DNA of 63,728 bases, counting the filler, from Rhabdomonas costata (taxonomy: Eukaryota), in assembly GCA_019059605.1 (NCBI GenBank). It is 24 parts of 24 records of this genome, joined end to end, with 100 filler letters (N's around TTAATTAATTAA, not from the genome) between each part and the next. Parts side by side here need not be neighbours in the genome. Positions count along the whole stretch, not along the records: positions 1 to 2,561 come from JAHMHO010002853.1; positions 2,662 to 5,245 come from JAHMHO010002854.1; positions 5,346 to 7,900 come from JAHMHO010002855.1; positions 8,001 to 10,560 come from JAHMHO010002856.1; positions 10,661 to 13,220 come from JAHMHO010002857.1; positions 13,321 to 15,873 come from JAHMHO010002858.1; 18 more parts are not named here. One strand, given 5' to 3'. A program made the position numbers and the translations under genes. Below are positions 1-13,372 of the stretch, piece by piece; the first letter of the stretch is position 1; every line of letters begins with the position of its first letter. The notes below the pieces were generated by a model, which saw nothing but the letters and a program-made list of their open reading frames with translations, ran no database searches and was not told the DNA's origin.

Positions 1-98
1 GGAAGTACTTTGACTTTCTCTCCGACAGATAGGATGGTGAGCTGATGTTCTGTTTGTGGGATGTGGGGTAGAGCGAATACCAACTGGGACGTCCGTAG

Positions 99-2243
<2,145 letters not shown>

Positions 2244-2561
2244 GTCAGCTTTGTGTGGATGTGTATACTTGGCTTATTCATCCTGTATGTGGATTTGCAA
2301 TGGTAGGGTTTCTCAATTGTCAATTGAGCTTTGTGTCGACGTGTCCTTCTTCCCTCATCCAATGGGTGCTGTGATTGCTCCCGTTGATAATGGTTTTTAA
2401 TTCCCAGTAGCTACTGGGAGTATCGCTTTTGTTGAAAAGTTTGTGTTGTCTTTCGCTACTTCAACTCCGAGACATCCTTCCTCCCACTACCACTTCTTTT
2501 TAACAGAGCTCTCCTCCCAAGCTGGACTTTGGAATGTACTACGGAGCCGTTAACCCAAAAA

Positions 2562-2661
2562 NNNNNNNNNNNNNNNNNNNNNNNNNNNNNNNNNNNNNNN
2601 NNNNNTTAATTAATTAANNNNNNNNNNNNNNNNNNNNNNNNNNNNNNNNNNNNNNNNNNNN
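2562..2661. other. Artificial contig spacer (44N-TTAATTAATTAA-44N); 23 such spacers, others starting at 5246, 7901, 10561, 13221, 15874, 18533, 21192, 23856, 26516, 29175, 31846, 34505, 37163, 39821, 42480, 45138, 47793, 50450, 53102, 55759, 58416, 61072
   Basis: The same 100-nt N block with an all-frame-stop linker recurs about every 2.66 kb. Confidence 0.99.
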
Positions 2662-2712
2662 GTTAGGGTTAGGGTTAGGGTTAGGGTTAGGGTTAGGGTT
2701 AGGGTTAGGGTT
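2662..2712 (+). repeat. Telomeric-type repeat (TTAGGG)8, oriented as interstitial rather than terminal
   Basis: Eight perfect TTAGGG units (2663-2710) at the contig's left end, on the + strand, reading into unique sequence. Confidence 0.95.
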
Positions 2713-4936
2713 GCCCTCTTACTCCCTGAGCGACCAAGAACCTCGGAAATGCCCAGAGCTAAAAAATTCAAAGGTACCACTCTTGTGCGGTTGCATCAAA
2801 CGCGAACGCATGTGAAGCCGAAATTTAAGGCGGCAGAGGCAATCCAAGCCAACGGCTCATGCACACGCACACAGGTGGACAAATGCAGTAGAACTATGGG
2901 GTAGGGAGAAAGGCCTCTTGCTCCCAGCTTAAGGGATGTGCCGCGCACGATGTCAGAAGTGAGTTTCTAACCACAGCTGCACAACTGATGTTTCGCGAAT
3001 TAGAATGTTGTTTAATCATGCGAATATGCGCGAATTATCGCGCTTATTCTCACAATGTATAAAAATCAATCAATATGATTATGAATGTAATGCCTTCGTC
3101 AAAGGTGGTTAATCCGCGTGTTAGAATTAGGTATTAAGGCGAAAAAAAAGACTGCTTTAGTCAAGAGAGAGCAAGACCGCCAGGATTACCCACTTCACAC
3201 CATTGAATACCCCTGTACGTCAAAAAAACCGTAATGTCGTTAACAATTTTTCATTGGATGCGCAGACAACACCCAGGTGGAACGGAAAATCCACAGAAAG
3301 GAAAAAAAGCCCTCCCAAACACCACGTCGGTTGGTTCGGCGTCCCGCAGGCCCGCATTGGCCGTGAGCTGCCTCAGGGCCCTCTCGCGAGCCCAGAAGTC
3401 GCCGGGGGCAAATCGGGACAGGTCGGGCTGCACCCGCCGAATCCGGTGGAAGGTAAATGGAGAACTCACGCCTCTCTGCTGCGCCGCACACCAAGGCTCA
3501 TCAGAAACGTAAAGGAAACAATGTACAGCTTGAGAGGAAAGCCGCGAACGAGATGAGCGTCCTCCAACACAAACCCGAGAGCCAATTGCGTGAACCACTG
3601 CACGTGCTTTGAAGAGCCGAGAGGCCCGAATGTACCAAAAAAAACAAACACTCGCAAATTTCTCGTTGCAGTTGGCGCACAGTAAAAGGAAAAATGCGTG
3701 GTGGAAGCGGTGCGGAATAACCCCCCACCCCTCCTCGTTTTCGGTGCACAACACAGCAATGCTCAAGTTATAACAATTTTTAAGTGCAAATCTTATTATT
3801 TATGAATGCATCTGTGGCTATTTTTACGAATTATGCGTGGGTGAATTGGGTGCCGTTTTTTTAAACTAGAAAAACGCCTGTGCTTCCAAAAATTGCCCCA
3901 CAAGGCATTTGAAGGAAACTGTACATACTGATGCGCAATTTCTTCACGGTTGTGCCTGATTGACATGTGCATGGGAAGCTCCCAATTTTGAGATGAAAGG
4001 TGCCTCTGATTTCGAGGGAATTTTATCGCATCGTCGATCCTTTTGAAAGGCCCAATCATTCTGCGCTGTACCCAGCAAAAAAAACATGCAGTGTTTAGGT
4101 TTCAATGCCTCCGCACGTCTTGACCTCGCAGTTTTGACCAAGATTGAAAACCACTTTGACAACCGCTTTACAAAGAAAAGGCGACTCGCATCGATACTAA
4201 GAGCAGGCAACGACGAGGACGGGGGCTCGGTATCAGCGGCTTCAGTCACCACTCCACACTCCACACTACCTGCAGGCGCCAGGCTCACCTGTGCGAAAAC
4301 CAATTTTGACCCTCTCAACTCAAGGTAGCAGCGCAGTTTGCTATTTGCATCCGGCGATGAGTCGAAAGGGTTGAACCTCAATTCAACACAAGCACCATCT
4401 ACAAACACAGTGTAAAACAAAAAAAAAAGCACGACATTGTTCGCGCCGCCCAGCCAGCACGTCTGAAAAAATGGTCCGCGGACACGAACACACCGACTCT
4501 GCGGTCCCGCGGGTCCACATGAGGGAGGATCACAGCAAACAACGTCACTTCGCCCAGCAGAAGGCTGGCAACCCCCCTTCGTCTCGAGTCATAAAACAAC
4601 GCCATTCGGAGGGGCATCCTTGACCTTGGGTTGGTGGGAACATTTGCCACCGGCAACTATTCACAACTGACATAGCACGCTTCTCCAGGCAGCCCCAAGG
4701 CAGTTTACGCCCCCAACAGCCCAAGGGCTGCACAGCGGACTGACCTGATTTTTACCGTATTTGGCTACATGAGGCAAGTTACATCCCGAAACTCAGAATT
4801 TAGTATTTTACGCGTTCCAGTTGAAGTCCTGGGAACGCTATAAAATGCCGCTACGCTGGTATGTATGCATATGATATGTTGTAAACGCTTTCTGTTACTG
4901 AGGCCAAAAAGCACGTGTTCTGAGTTTACGGCGTAA

Positions 4937-5224
4937 CGTGTTATATCTACTAACATGGCATGCACTGCAAGCACTAAGCGTTGGGTAATACCTTCACCCC
5001 TAATCCAAAACAACCTAACTAGAAAGGTAAACTGTCAAAGTGCATTCTAGTTAGGTTGTTTTGGATTAGGGGTGAAGGTATTACCCAACGCTTAGTGCTT
5101 GCAGTGCATGCCGTGTTATATCTACTAACATGGCATGCACTGCAAGCACTAAGCGTTGGGTAATACCTTCACCCCTAATCCAAAACAATCTAACTAGAAT
5201 GCACTTAGACAGTTTACCTTTCTA
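4937..5224. repeat. Direct-inverted-direct triplication of a ~70-90 bp unit
   Basis: 4937-5024 is repeated directly at 5112-5199. 5020-5112 is an inverted copy of 5132-5224 with 2 mismatches. This gives 68-bp hairpin arms (4957-5024 / 5045-5112) around a 20-nt loop. Confidence 0.92.
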
Positions 5225-6759
5225 CTTACCTCCCTGTTACCCCCANNNNNNNNNNNNNNNNNNNNNNNNNNNNNNNNNNNNNNNNNNNNTTAATTAATTA
5301 ANNNNNNNNNNNNNNNNNNNNNNNNNNNNNNNNNNNNNNNNNNNNGGTTTTTTGGGGTACCGGAAACATATAAAAAAAGATAAGAAAAAACAGCAGAGGC
5401 TCTTATCCATTTTTCACTTACTTTTCTTACCTTTACGGTGCATGTTGGTTCCTTGTTTCTGCAGTTACTCCCCAGCCTCCATTGCCGCGGAGGGGTCTGA
5501 TGGCAGCACTGTTGGAGTCTCGCCTTCGCCACATCAGGGCTCCAGGACTCTGGGTGAGCCGCTGCTGGAACAGCAGCCCTGCCCAGTTCCAGAGCAGGGG
5601 TCGGAGGACCCCGGCAACCAGCAGGAGATATACCGCACGCTCTGCCAGATCGGTCGCAATGAGCAGGTGCGATGCAGTGCGGTACCACAGAGTGCGGTTG
5701 CGGACGTGCAAGCCAATCTCCCCCCTCCATACCCTTAACAACTGCTGCACAACTTTGGAGGGTGTCCGGTTGCCGGTTGTAGGGTATTGCTTTGGGCCAT
5801 TTTTTGGTTGAGGGATACCACGTCCATTTATTCCAGTGAACTGCGGACTCTCCCCTCCCCCAAGTAGGGAAACCGGGCTACAATCGGCTCTCGCCCTTCC
5901 CATCCATTCACAAAACAAACGGGTGCATCCAAATCATTTTTCGATAATTGCCGATATGAACCTGCAGGTTTGGTTTCAAGTTTCCGTTCCTCCCAAAAAT
6001 CGAAATCCGGACGTACAAGAACGGACACGCCCAGAAGTCAGCGTACGCATCAGGAGCCGGAGGGGAAGCACACTGTCCTTGGATCTCAGGGTGCATGAAG
6101 AAGAAATTTTTTCTGCTTTCAGGTAATGGCTGGCCTCGACAAGCTCTTTCGATGCATGGGCCGGCCTTGGCTGCGGACTCAGTTCGCCGAGGCGTGGACT
6201 GCCCCGATTGAGAGACACACAGCGGAGACCCCGTGAGTGGTGGTGGTCTTCTTTTCTTGTCAACCTTTTCCGCACAGGTGGTGTGCCTTTCGACGCGCTA
6301 CCTTGAAACAGAATCTTTTGCTGTACATCTTAGCAGTTGCGCAACTCTGCTTTCCTTTGTTCTTTCGGAGCTTCAGAAAGGCGCATGACTGGCTGCGGTG
6401 GAAGGAATGAAAACCGAGACTTGGACGGTGGCGATTTCTTAGACCCAAATTGTTGTGCCCTTTGCAAATGTCACCGCTGAGCAAAGCCATCTTTTTGTCA
6501 GAGTGGTGCTTGCCACGGTTTGAAGAACTTTGCCCGAACTATTGTCTTAAATGAACGATGAACAATTTTCATTGAATTCGTACAAAAAAGACTGACAAAC
6601 GTTATGCAGGCGGACACATAAGGCACGAAACATGTCTGGCGCGAAAAGGGGAAACGTGGAAAGGCACTTCTCTTGCCCCCTTGAGGAGTTTTTTTTAGAG
6701 ACACAGCACCACAAAGGAAGGCACCGGGAGAGACGAGGGAAGGGCGATGGACAAACAAA

Positions 6760-6785
6760 CACACACACACACACACACACACACG
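6760..6785. repeat. (CA)n microsatellite
   Basis: Direct inspection. Confidence 0.9.
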
Positions 6786-8125
6786 TGGCTACTGCACCGT
6801 CTTGGCTCCTGGTTCCCGCCGGGGGAGCAGCCCCAGCGGATTCCCGTGCGGAGCGGGGTCCGTGAGACGAAGTAAACCGGCTTATGAGGGTACGGTGGCA
6901 CCTCATCTCTGCTGCGCTACCTTGGTGTTGCGTTCTCAAAGTCTCCAAAATGTCACGAGGCAGGCCTAGCTTCATTTTCGGTTAATGGAAAAGCAAAGAA
7001 TGTGAGGCTACACCGTTCTTTGCTGAAAACTTTCAAACGCTTGATTTTTACAAGTTTTAGCACTCCGTTGGCTCAAAATTGATGAGGTTACCGGCCGCAA
7101 AGACAAAATTTCGCGCACGATTTTTTTGACCCTTTTGTTAATCCCTGCCTTTTTTTTCAAAGGTTAGTTAATCTTACAAACATGTACAAAATTTCCAATG
7201 GTTTTTCTAAGGCGCGTTCTGGAAAACTTGTGCTGTTTTATTAGCTTCTTCTTTTTATTGAATGAAAGCATCTCGCTGCGTAATTGGATTACTGATTTGA
7301 GAAATTGCGCAACCTTCACAGCATACCCCTTGCTGCGGTGCCCCCCTTAGTAGGCGGTTGTTGGTTTACATTCACGAAAACGGCCAGCATCCAACACCGC
7401 CAGGTTTCCTATCACACGCCGTCTGTCCGCCGAGCCTCTTACGTGCCTTCTGCCTCTTGCGGGTGGTCGTGGCTCTGCTTTTGGCAGCCTGTATTCGGAC
7501 TTCGCTCAGCGGACTAAGTGGGCGGTAAACCGTCGTGGAACCACCAAGTACGAGGCTAAGTTTATCCCAATCCCGCTGTGGCTTCCTCTCTTCGTGCGCT
7601 GCGGTCTGTACCCGCCGCTTGGGCTATATCTTTGGTTTCTGGCGTCGGGCTCTCCGGCTCCGCTTTCCTGCTATAGGTTGGGGCGGGGCTCGCCAGCTGA
7701 GGCGGGGAAGTGTAACGGCTCAGCATACGTAGGAAGAACGTTTTGTAGTAGAAAAATAAAAAAAAGAGACAGTTTGGTGAGCCAGACAAGATTTTCGTAG
7801 TAGCTTGGAAGCTTGGTTAGTCGCAGAAGTTGGTAAGGAGCTCAGAGGAGATCGTTTTAAAGAGCAGAGATCAGTTGAGGCTTTGAAGGTGTTCAAGAAA
7901 NNNNNNNNNNNNNNNNNNNNNNNNNNNNNNNNNNNNNNNNNNNNTTAATTAATTAANNNNNNNNNNNNNNNNNNNNNNNNNNNNNNNNNNNNNNNNNNNN
8001 GTTGTTGTTTACTGTTTACTGTGTTTTGCAGGGCAGCTCCTTTCTAAAATGAATGGATGGACAGACATTGATTCTCTTGCGGCACAAACAGTTGGGTGTT
8101 GCACAAATGTGAGGGGCCAACAGAC

Positions 8126-8581
8126 CTTTTGCCACGGTGATGGTGCACCCGGGAGTGACCTTCACAGTTACGCCCTCCGGGATGAACACGTTCTCAGTGA
8201 TTTTGTACTGAGGCTGTGTGATGTCGAAGTTCCACTTCTTGCCCTCGTCACCCCCCGCTGAGAAGCCTGAAAAACAGAAGCGAAGGATTCAGAAGGGAAA
8301 ACACCGAGGGTAATCAAATCAGACTACCCACTATTGCTTGACCGCATCTGAGTACAAAAGGACGCAAGGAATGTTGGACTTGCAGCCATTCGCACACTGG
8401 AGCCTGGAGCCGGAGCAAAAAAGCAGTGAAAGATAAAAGCTGCGCTGACATTGCGAGATGGGCAAGCAGCAATACCAGGGCCGATGGGCATCACTGGGGG
8501 GCGGTAAGGTTTGCCCCCTTGTCCAGCAACCAGGGCAAAGAGGAAAAGAAAGAATGCACCCTTAAGTGGGGCGGTCGCCAT
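8126..8581 (-). CDS. Secreted/surface protein, N-terminal part; exons 8581-8476 and 8266-8126
   Basis: Signal peptide MATAPLKGAFFLFLFALVAG. A phase-1 GT-AG intron joins it to FSAGGDEGKKWNFDITQPQYKITENVFIPEGVTVKVTPGCTITVAK, which resembles the 'PY.I..nV.v..GvTL.I.PG' motif of beta-helix-rich surface proteins. Confidence 0.6.
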
Positions 8582-9763
8582 TGCAATGAAACAAAAGGAA
8601 ATGCCTGCAGAATAACAAGGAAAACAGTTTCAGGTTCTCCCATTTCACCCTTCCAGCCGTCGACCGACCGACTCATTCACCGATTACCGTTCAAAACTAT
8701 GACCTTCTTGACCTTCCTTTCCATTGAAAAATGATGGCAGAAATCCGAGAAATCCTCTGAAATGAGGGCTCGATTGCCGATTTCCCTGTTCTTATTACTT
8801 ATTCGTTATTGCAAAACGGGGGGAAAAACGACGAGAAACCTTGATGACTCGTTCAGCTCGATTACAGTTCCGAGGAGAAAGACGGTGTTAATTATCTCCA
8901 ACTGCGAACGTCCAAGTTCATTCACGGAGACATGTCCGTGGTGCACCCTCTGCACCATTCCGCTTATGCAGCGGAGCGCACGCCAGCAGCGAGAGGCCTC
9001 GAAGCTCACGAGGGCACCCGGTGCAAGGGGCCCCGAAGCGAAGTGGTGAATTCGTAGGCTTGCCCGCAAACAGAGCATGCGCCTTGGTGAACCCTTGAAG
9101 CCCGTCTCCAAGAGACTGTGGAAGCGCCTTTCGGGCGCGGTGGCCAAAGGAACGGCGCGAGTGCTTCTTCAGGGCTTCACAGGTCAGTGAGTGAAGCGGC
9201 TTAAGGGTCAGTAGTTCCCCCTCCTTGTTGTGGTGTTGAACTCATCGTCCCATTGCTCTTTGGCCTCTTTATCTCTTTATATACCTTCTCTTTCTTGTGT
9301 AGCGTGGCTCGTCCTCAAGCGGACGGGCTATCTTGTCAAAAGGTTGTGTGTTGCACCTCGCCGTCTTGGGTTTGGAGGGACCGCTTTTGCAAGTTCTAAT
9401 AGTGTTCTGGGGGTGAGTTGGCCTTGTGTGTTAGCCTTTTGCTGTCCACAGTGGGTCTCCTTGCGTTTCATGCAAAAGCTGTGTTTCGGGACAAAAGACC
9501 CCAGGCCTGCTTCGGCTTGGCCCTCAGCGTCAATATGGTTATAAAAGCTGTTTGGTGCTGACTCCTGCTACTGCAAGAACTGTTGTGCCGCTGTGCTGTA
9601 AAAAATACTTCCGGTTTCGATTATCAAAAAGATGTTTCTTTCAAAAATATAAGTAATTTCCGGAGCTTATGCTGTGAAACTCAACTATCCCCTTCTCAAT
9701 GAGGTCCCCCATAATGTGCAAATGTGCAAATACATTGGTCCCCCCTCTCTGCACCCCTGTCAG

Positions 9764-10033
9764 CGAACTACTTCCAGCACGTGTACGGCCAGGGTGCTCC
9801 GATCCCCGAGCTGCGGGTGTACTCCCGGCTTCACGAGCGCTGCGGGTTGCACGCGCGGTGGCTCTCGGAGTACGCCCTGCTGCACGCTCAGGCCCTAGCC
9901 AGCCCGCACACTCATTCTTTTCTGCGGTACCTGTGCGAGCGTGGCTGTCACGGCCACGGGGACCGCAGCCTGGCAGTGCTCTCGGTGTTCATGATGGCCG
10001 TGCTCACCAAGCGGGCCTTTCTGTTGCACTCTG
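9764..10033 (+). CDS. Internal exon, putative fucosyltransferase-like glycosyltransferase
   Basis: AG/GT-bounded phase-1/phase-1 270-nt exon: ..FLRYLCERGCHGHGDRSLAVLSVFMMAVLTKRAFLL. This resembles the 'C.G.GDR...l...f..A.lt.R.fl' motif of FUT-like enzymes. Confidence 0.4.
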
Positions 10034-10660
10034 GTGTGGTGATGTGACATGCGCAAATTGTGGGTTGTGCCTGCTCAAGGGGGATGCTGCATGAAAAGTG
10101 AAGGGTGGGCTTCCAATGGCTTGAGAACAAAACCACAAGTACAGGTGTTCGGGAAGCGTCTGGGGTGCGGCACCACAAACAATTTACAAGGAACACAACT
10201 ACATGCGCTGCGTGGGGTCACCGAAGAAATTTACAAGAAGGAACGCGAGAAGAAATAGAACCGTAAAACAGTGCGATTAACGAAACAAAAGAAGGGCACT
10301 GTGTACAATTCTAAACTGAAAATTGCATTCGTCAGAAAAGCCAACCGACAATAAACCAGGGTGGGGGGCAGGGAAGGAAGAAGGAGGGGCGGAAATCCAT
10401 CCTCACCGTCCTGACCAACGACATGCAGCACGGCCAGCTTGATGCCGCCGTCGCCGTCACCCGGCGCGAGGATGCCCATCTGGAGGTGTTCTGCCTGGGC
10501 GTCGATCACACGCAAAGCGGCTATTACTATGCGGGCGCTTCGCGTGTGATCAACACCCCCNNNNNNNNNNNNNNNNNNNNNNNNNNNNNNNNNNNNNNNN
10601 NNNNTTAATTAATTAANNNNNNNNNNNNNNNNNNNNNNNNNNNNNNNNNNNNNNNNNNNN

Positions 10661-10909
10661 GGTTTCGCCAGCTTTGAAGACGACGACGCTGCTGCTCGGG
10701 CAATTCTCCTGAACGGCAAGGAGCTGCACGGAAAGGCACTCAGAATTAGCCTGTCTCAAGGCAGACAGGGAACTCAGGCCATCTTTGCGACGGACTACGT
10801 TTCCAAGGAAGGCTTTGTGTTTTCCGACGTTATCGTGAACCCTGACTCTAACCCGGAGGTGACTTCTCGAGAGCTTCTCTCCTCTAGAGACGCTCAGTTG
10901 TCGCCTTAA
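10661..10909 (+). CDS. RRM-domain RNA-binding protein, C-terminal fragment
   Basis: GFASFEDDDAAARAILLNGKELHGKALRISLS (RNP1 remnant, helix 2, LNG.EL.GK.LRI strand), open to TAA at 10907-10909. Confidence 0.75.
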   Translation, partial: GFASFEDDDAAARAILLNGKELHGKALRISLSQGRQGTQAIFATDYVSKEGFVFSDVIVNPDSNPEVTSRELLSSRDAQLSP

Positions 10910-10987
10910 GGCTGCTTGGTGGTTGTTGTGCATTCTCAAAGGAAAAGGGATATAGCAGGGCTGGGAAAAGTGCAACCTGCAAAAAAA

Positions 10988-11086
10988 AAAACGGGAAAAG
11001 CCTGAGCTCTGCGCTTCCTCATAACTTGGCAGAAATAATTAATATGCTTAGTTGTGAGGAAGCAGAGCTCAGGCTTTTCCGGTTTT
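10988..11086. repeat. Long imperfect hairpin downstream of the RRM gene
   Basis: GGAAAAGCCTGAGCTCTGCGCTTCCTCATAACT pairs with AGTTGTGAGGAAGCAGAGCTCAGGCTTTTCC around an AT-rich loop. Confidence 0.8.
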
Positions 11087-11495
11087 CGACGTCGGCTTCA
11101 TCTCATGTGTTTCATATTATTCACCGCATGTCCCTGATTCCAATTTCACCCTCGGAGGAGTAGGGGGGGTTCAGATATTCCGGAAACCGCGCTTCAGCCT
11201 CCAAACCCGAAAAGTACGTAAGCTAATCCTGGATTTGACAAGCAGGTCAATAGTGAAACTTAAGTGATTTTCTGAGCAGTCCCCTTTGTGCTGAAATTGG
11301 AAAAGTGCTGATTCATCAATGTTTGCATTCACACGGTGATGCACGGAATACAAAATCCTTTTGGTAGGTACTTGTTTTGGCTCTGTTTTCCTGCGGATTT
11401 GAGTTTCAACAGCATTTGAACCCTCTTCTGATATATGTATCACCAAAAAATCGGGCTGTGGGAAGATTTTCCGTTTCGTTTTGTTTTGTTTCAAG

Positions 11496-12968
11496 GACTA
11501 CGAGACCTACTTGATGAAACTGGCAGTGGAGAATGGTATTCCTGAGGCGATGATACGAGATTGCATGACGCCCAATCACCTGCCAAAGGTGGAGAAGATC
11601 GGTGCGTGGACCGTCCTCATCCTACGGCACACCCGTGGGGACGTGGTCCGGGACCCTAAAGTGATGCACACCATGCCCTCGCTGACCCACAGGCTGGTAC
11701 TGTTAATCTCGGAGCGCAGGGTTATCACCATCCGGAGGGTTGGGGCGTTGGATGACTTTCCAGAGGTGGCGAACCTGGTGAAAACTTGGGACGGCTCAGC
11801 GGCCATGAATGGTGTGGTGTTGTAGTTTCTGGACGACGTGGCAACGTCTTTTCATGACTTCCTCGCAGACGATATGCAGGTTTATGGCTTTGGGTTTCTT
11901 TATCTTTCTGTATCCCTTTAACCTTGTAATTGGCAAACCGCAGAAATGCGAGGGGTCCACATTGCCCTTCTTGTCATGGCCCGTCGACTCCCTCCCCCCT
12001 CCCCCGTGGAGGAGGGCCACCTCGAAGACTCCATCTTCGAGCGGGCGAGTGCATACACAACCTTTATTGCAAGGTTCTGCTAGGCATTATATATACTAGC
12101 AATAAACTAGAAGCACGAAGCAAGGGTGAAATGCATGGTGTTCTTGTAATGTCCTGGAATGGGAAGGCGTTTCAGTTGTGTGAAGTGTTCAGCCGGAACT
12201 GGCTGGGGGTGCTCTCGTTGCGGGGTGACCTCGAGCTGCCGGTGCGGGTGCGGAAGTGGGGGCAGCTGCTTCTCCTCCCAAATGGAATGGAGTTTAACAA
12301 CCGAAGCTGAACGGCGCTTATTGGAACAGGAGGATCAACGTTTCCTGTGTGGTAACGTGAGGACTGAAGCGTGCTACCTCGTTTCCTCCTCGTCCCCGTG
12401 GTCCACGAGACTATTGAACTCATTATCGTTGTCCGTTGTCCGATCCACAGTTGGCCCTTGGAGCGGCAACCCCTTTTTTGCTCTCCGTTAGGAGCTGGAG
12501 CAGCACGAGACCTTAGTGGATCTCCACATCACCAACGCGAAGCACACCCCCAGCACAGACATGGACCTTGTCTGGCGGCTCTACAAGATGCAGCGCCGGG
12601 TCACTGTGCACCGCCGCCTGATTGTGCTTACCAATGCCGTGGTGACCCAGTACACGGGCCAGGACCCTTTCTTCCAAAGGACTCGGGACAGCCTGCAGTC
12701 TGCGTTATACAACGTGGAGAACCTATACGAGAACATCAACAACCTGCTGAGCTTGCACCTCGCCCTTGTGGACAACCGCACCAACCAGTTCCTTTACGTG
12801 CTGACCTCGTTCAGTGTGGTATTCATCCCTATGACCTTCCTTGTGGGGTTTTTCGGGCAGAACTTCCACCTTCCAGAGTACGATTGGTCCCCGCACATCG
12901 CCCACGGCCTTCCTGTTGCTGTGCTTCTTGCCACGGTGTCGTGGCTGAAGATGAAGAAGTTTCTTTGA
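11496..12968 (+). CDS. CorA-family divalent cation transporter, partial; exons 11496-11879 and 12492-12968; in-frame TAG at 11823-11825
   Basis: N-domain motifs ..RDCMTPNHLPKVE.. and VITIRR, a coiled-coil stalk, NRTNQFLYVLTSFSVVFIPMTFLVGFFGQNF, a second TM helix and a basic tail ending at TGA. The phase-0 intron joins DDMQ|ELEQHE. Confidence 0.85.
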
Positions 12969-13372
12969 GTCTGGGCTGCTTTTGGCGAATTTTCGCTGGT
13001 GGAGGTTCTCACAGGAAAGAATGGAGGCGAGAATGCTGTTTATTGTCGATTCATTTTTTCTCTGTTTTGTTCGTCAGTGTATTATTTTTGCTGCCTGCAT
13101 TGGATCGGCCTGTAATTAAATTGGGTCGATTTTAGCCAGGTGGTGTTTTGACTTCGTATCACTCCACCCTCCTCACCCCTTTTGGCTGTAAATTCAGTTT
13201 TTTTTGTCGTTTTTTTGTCGNNNNNNNNNNNNNNNNNNNNNNNNNNNNNNNNNNNNNNNNNNNNTTAATTAATTAANNNNNNNNNNNNNNNNNNNNNNNN
13301 NNNNNNNNNNNNNNNNNNNNTTGTTGTTGTATAATTCGTCAAAGCTATCCTGTGTGGGCACTAGGCCGATGA

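Noticed and set aside
2606-2617. TTAATTAATTAA recurring at regular spacing, superficially array-like
   Set aside because: It is an artificial all-frame stop linker within N spacers, not a CRISPR or biological repeat.
3320-3480. Minus-strand exon ..DFWARERALRQLTANAGLRDAEPTDV, resembling GT17/MGAT3
   Set aside because: The expected following DxDE motif was not found, so the evidence is too weak to name.
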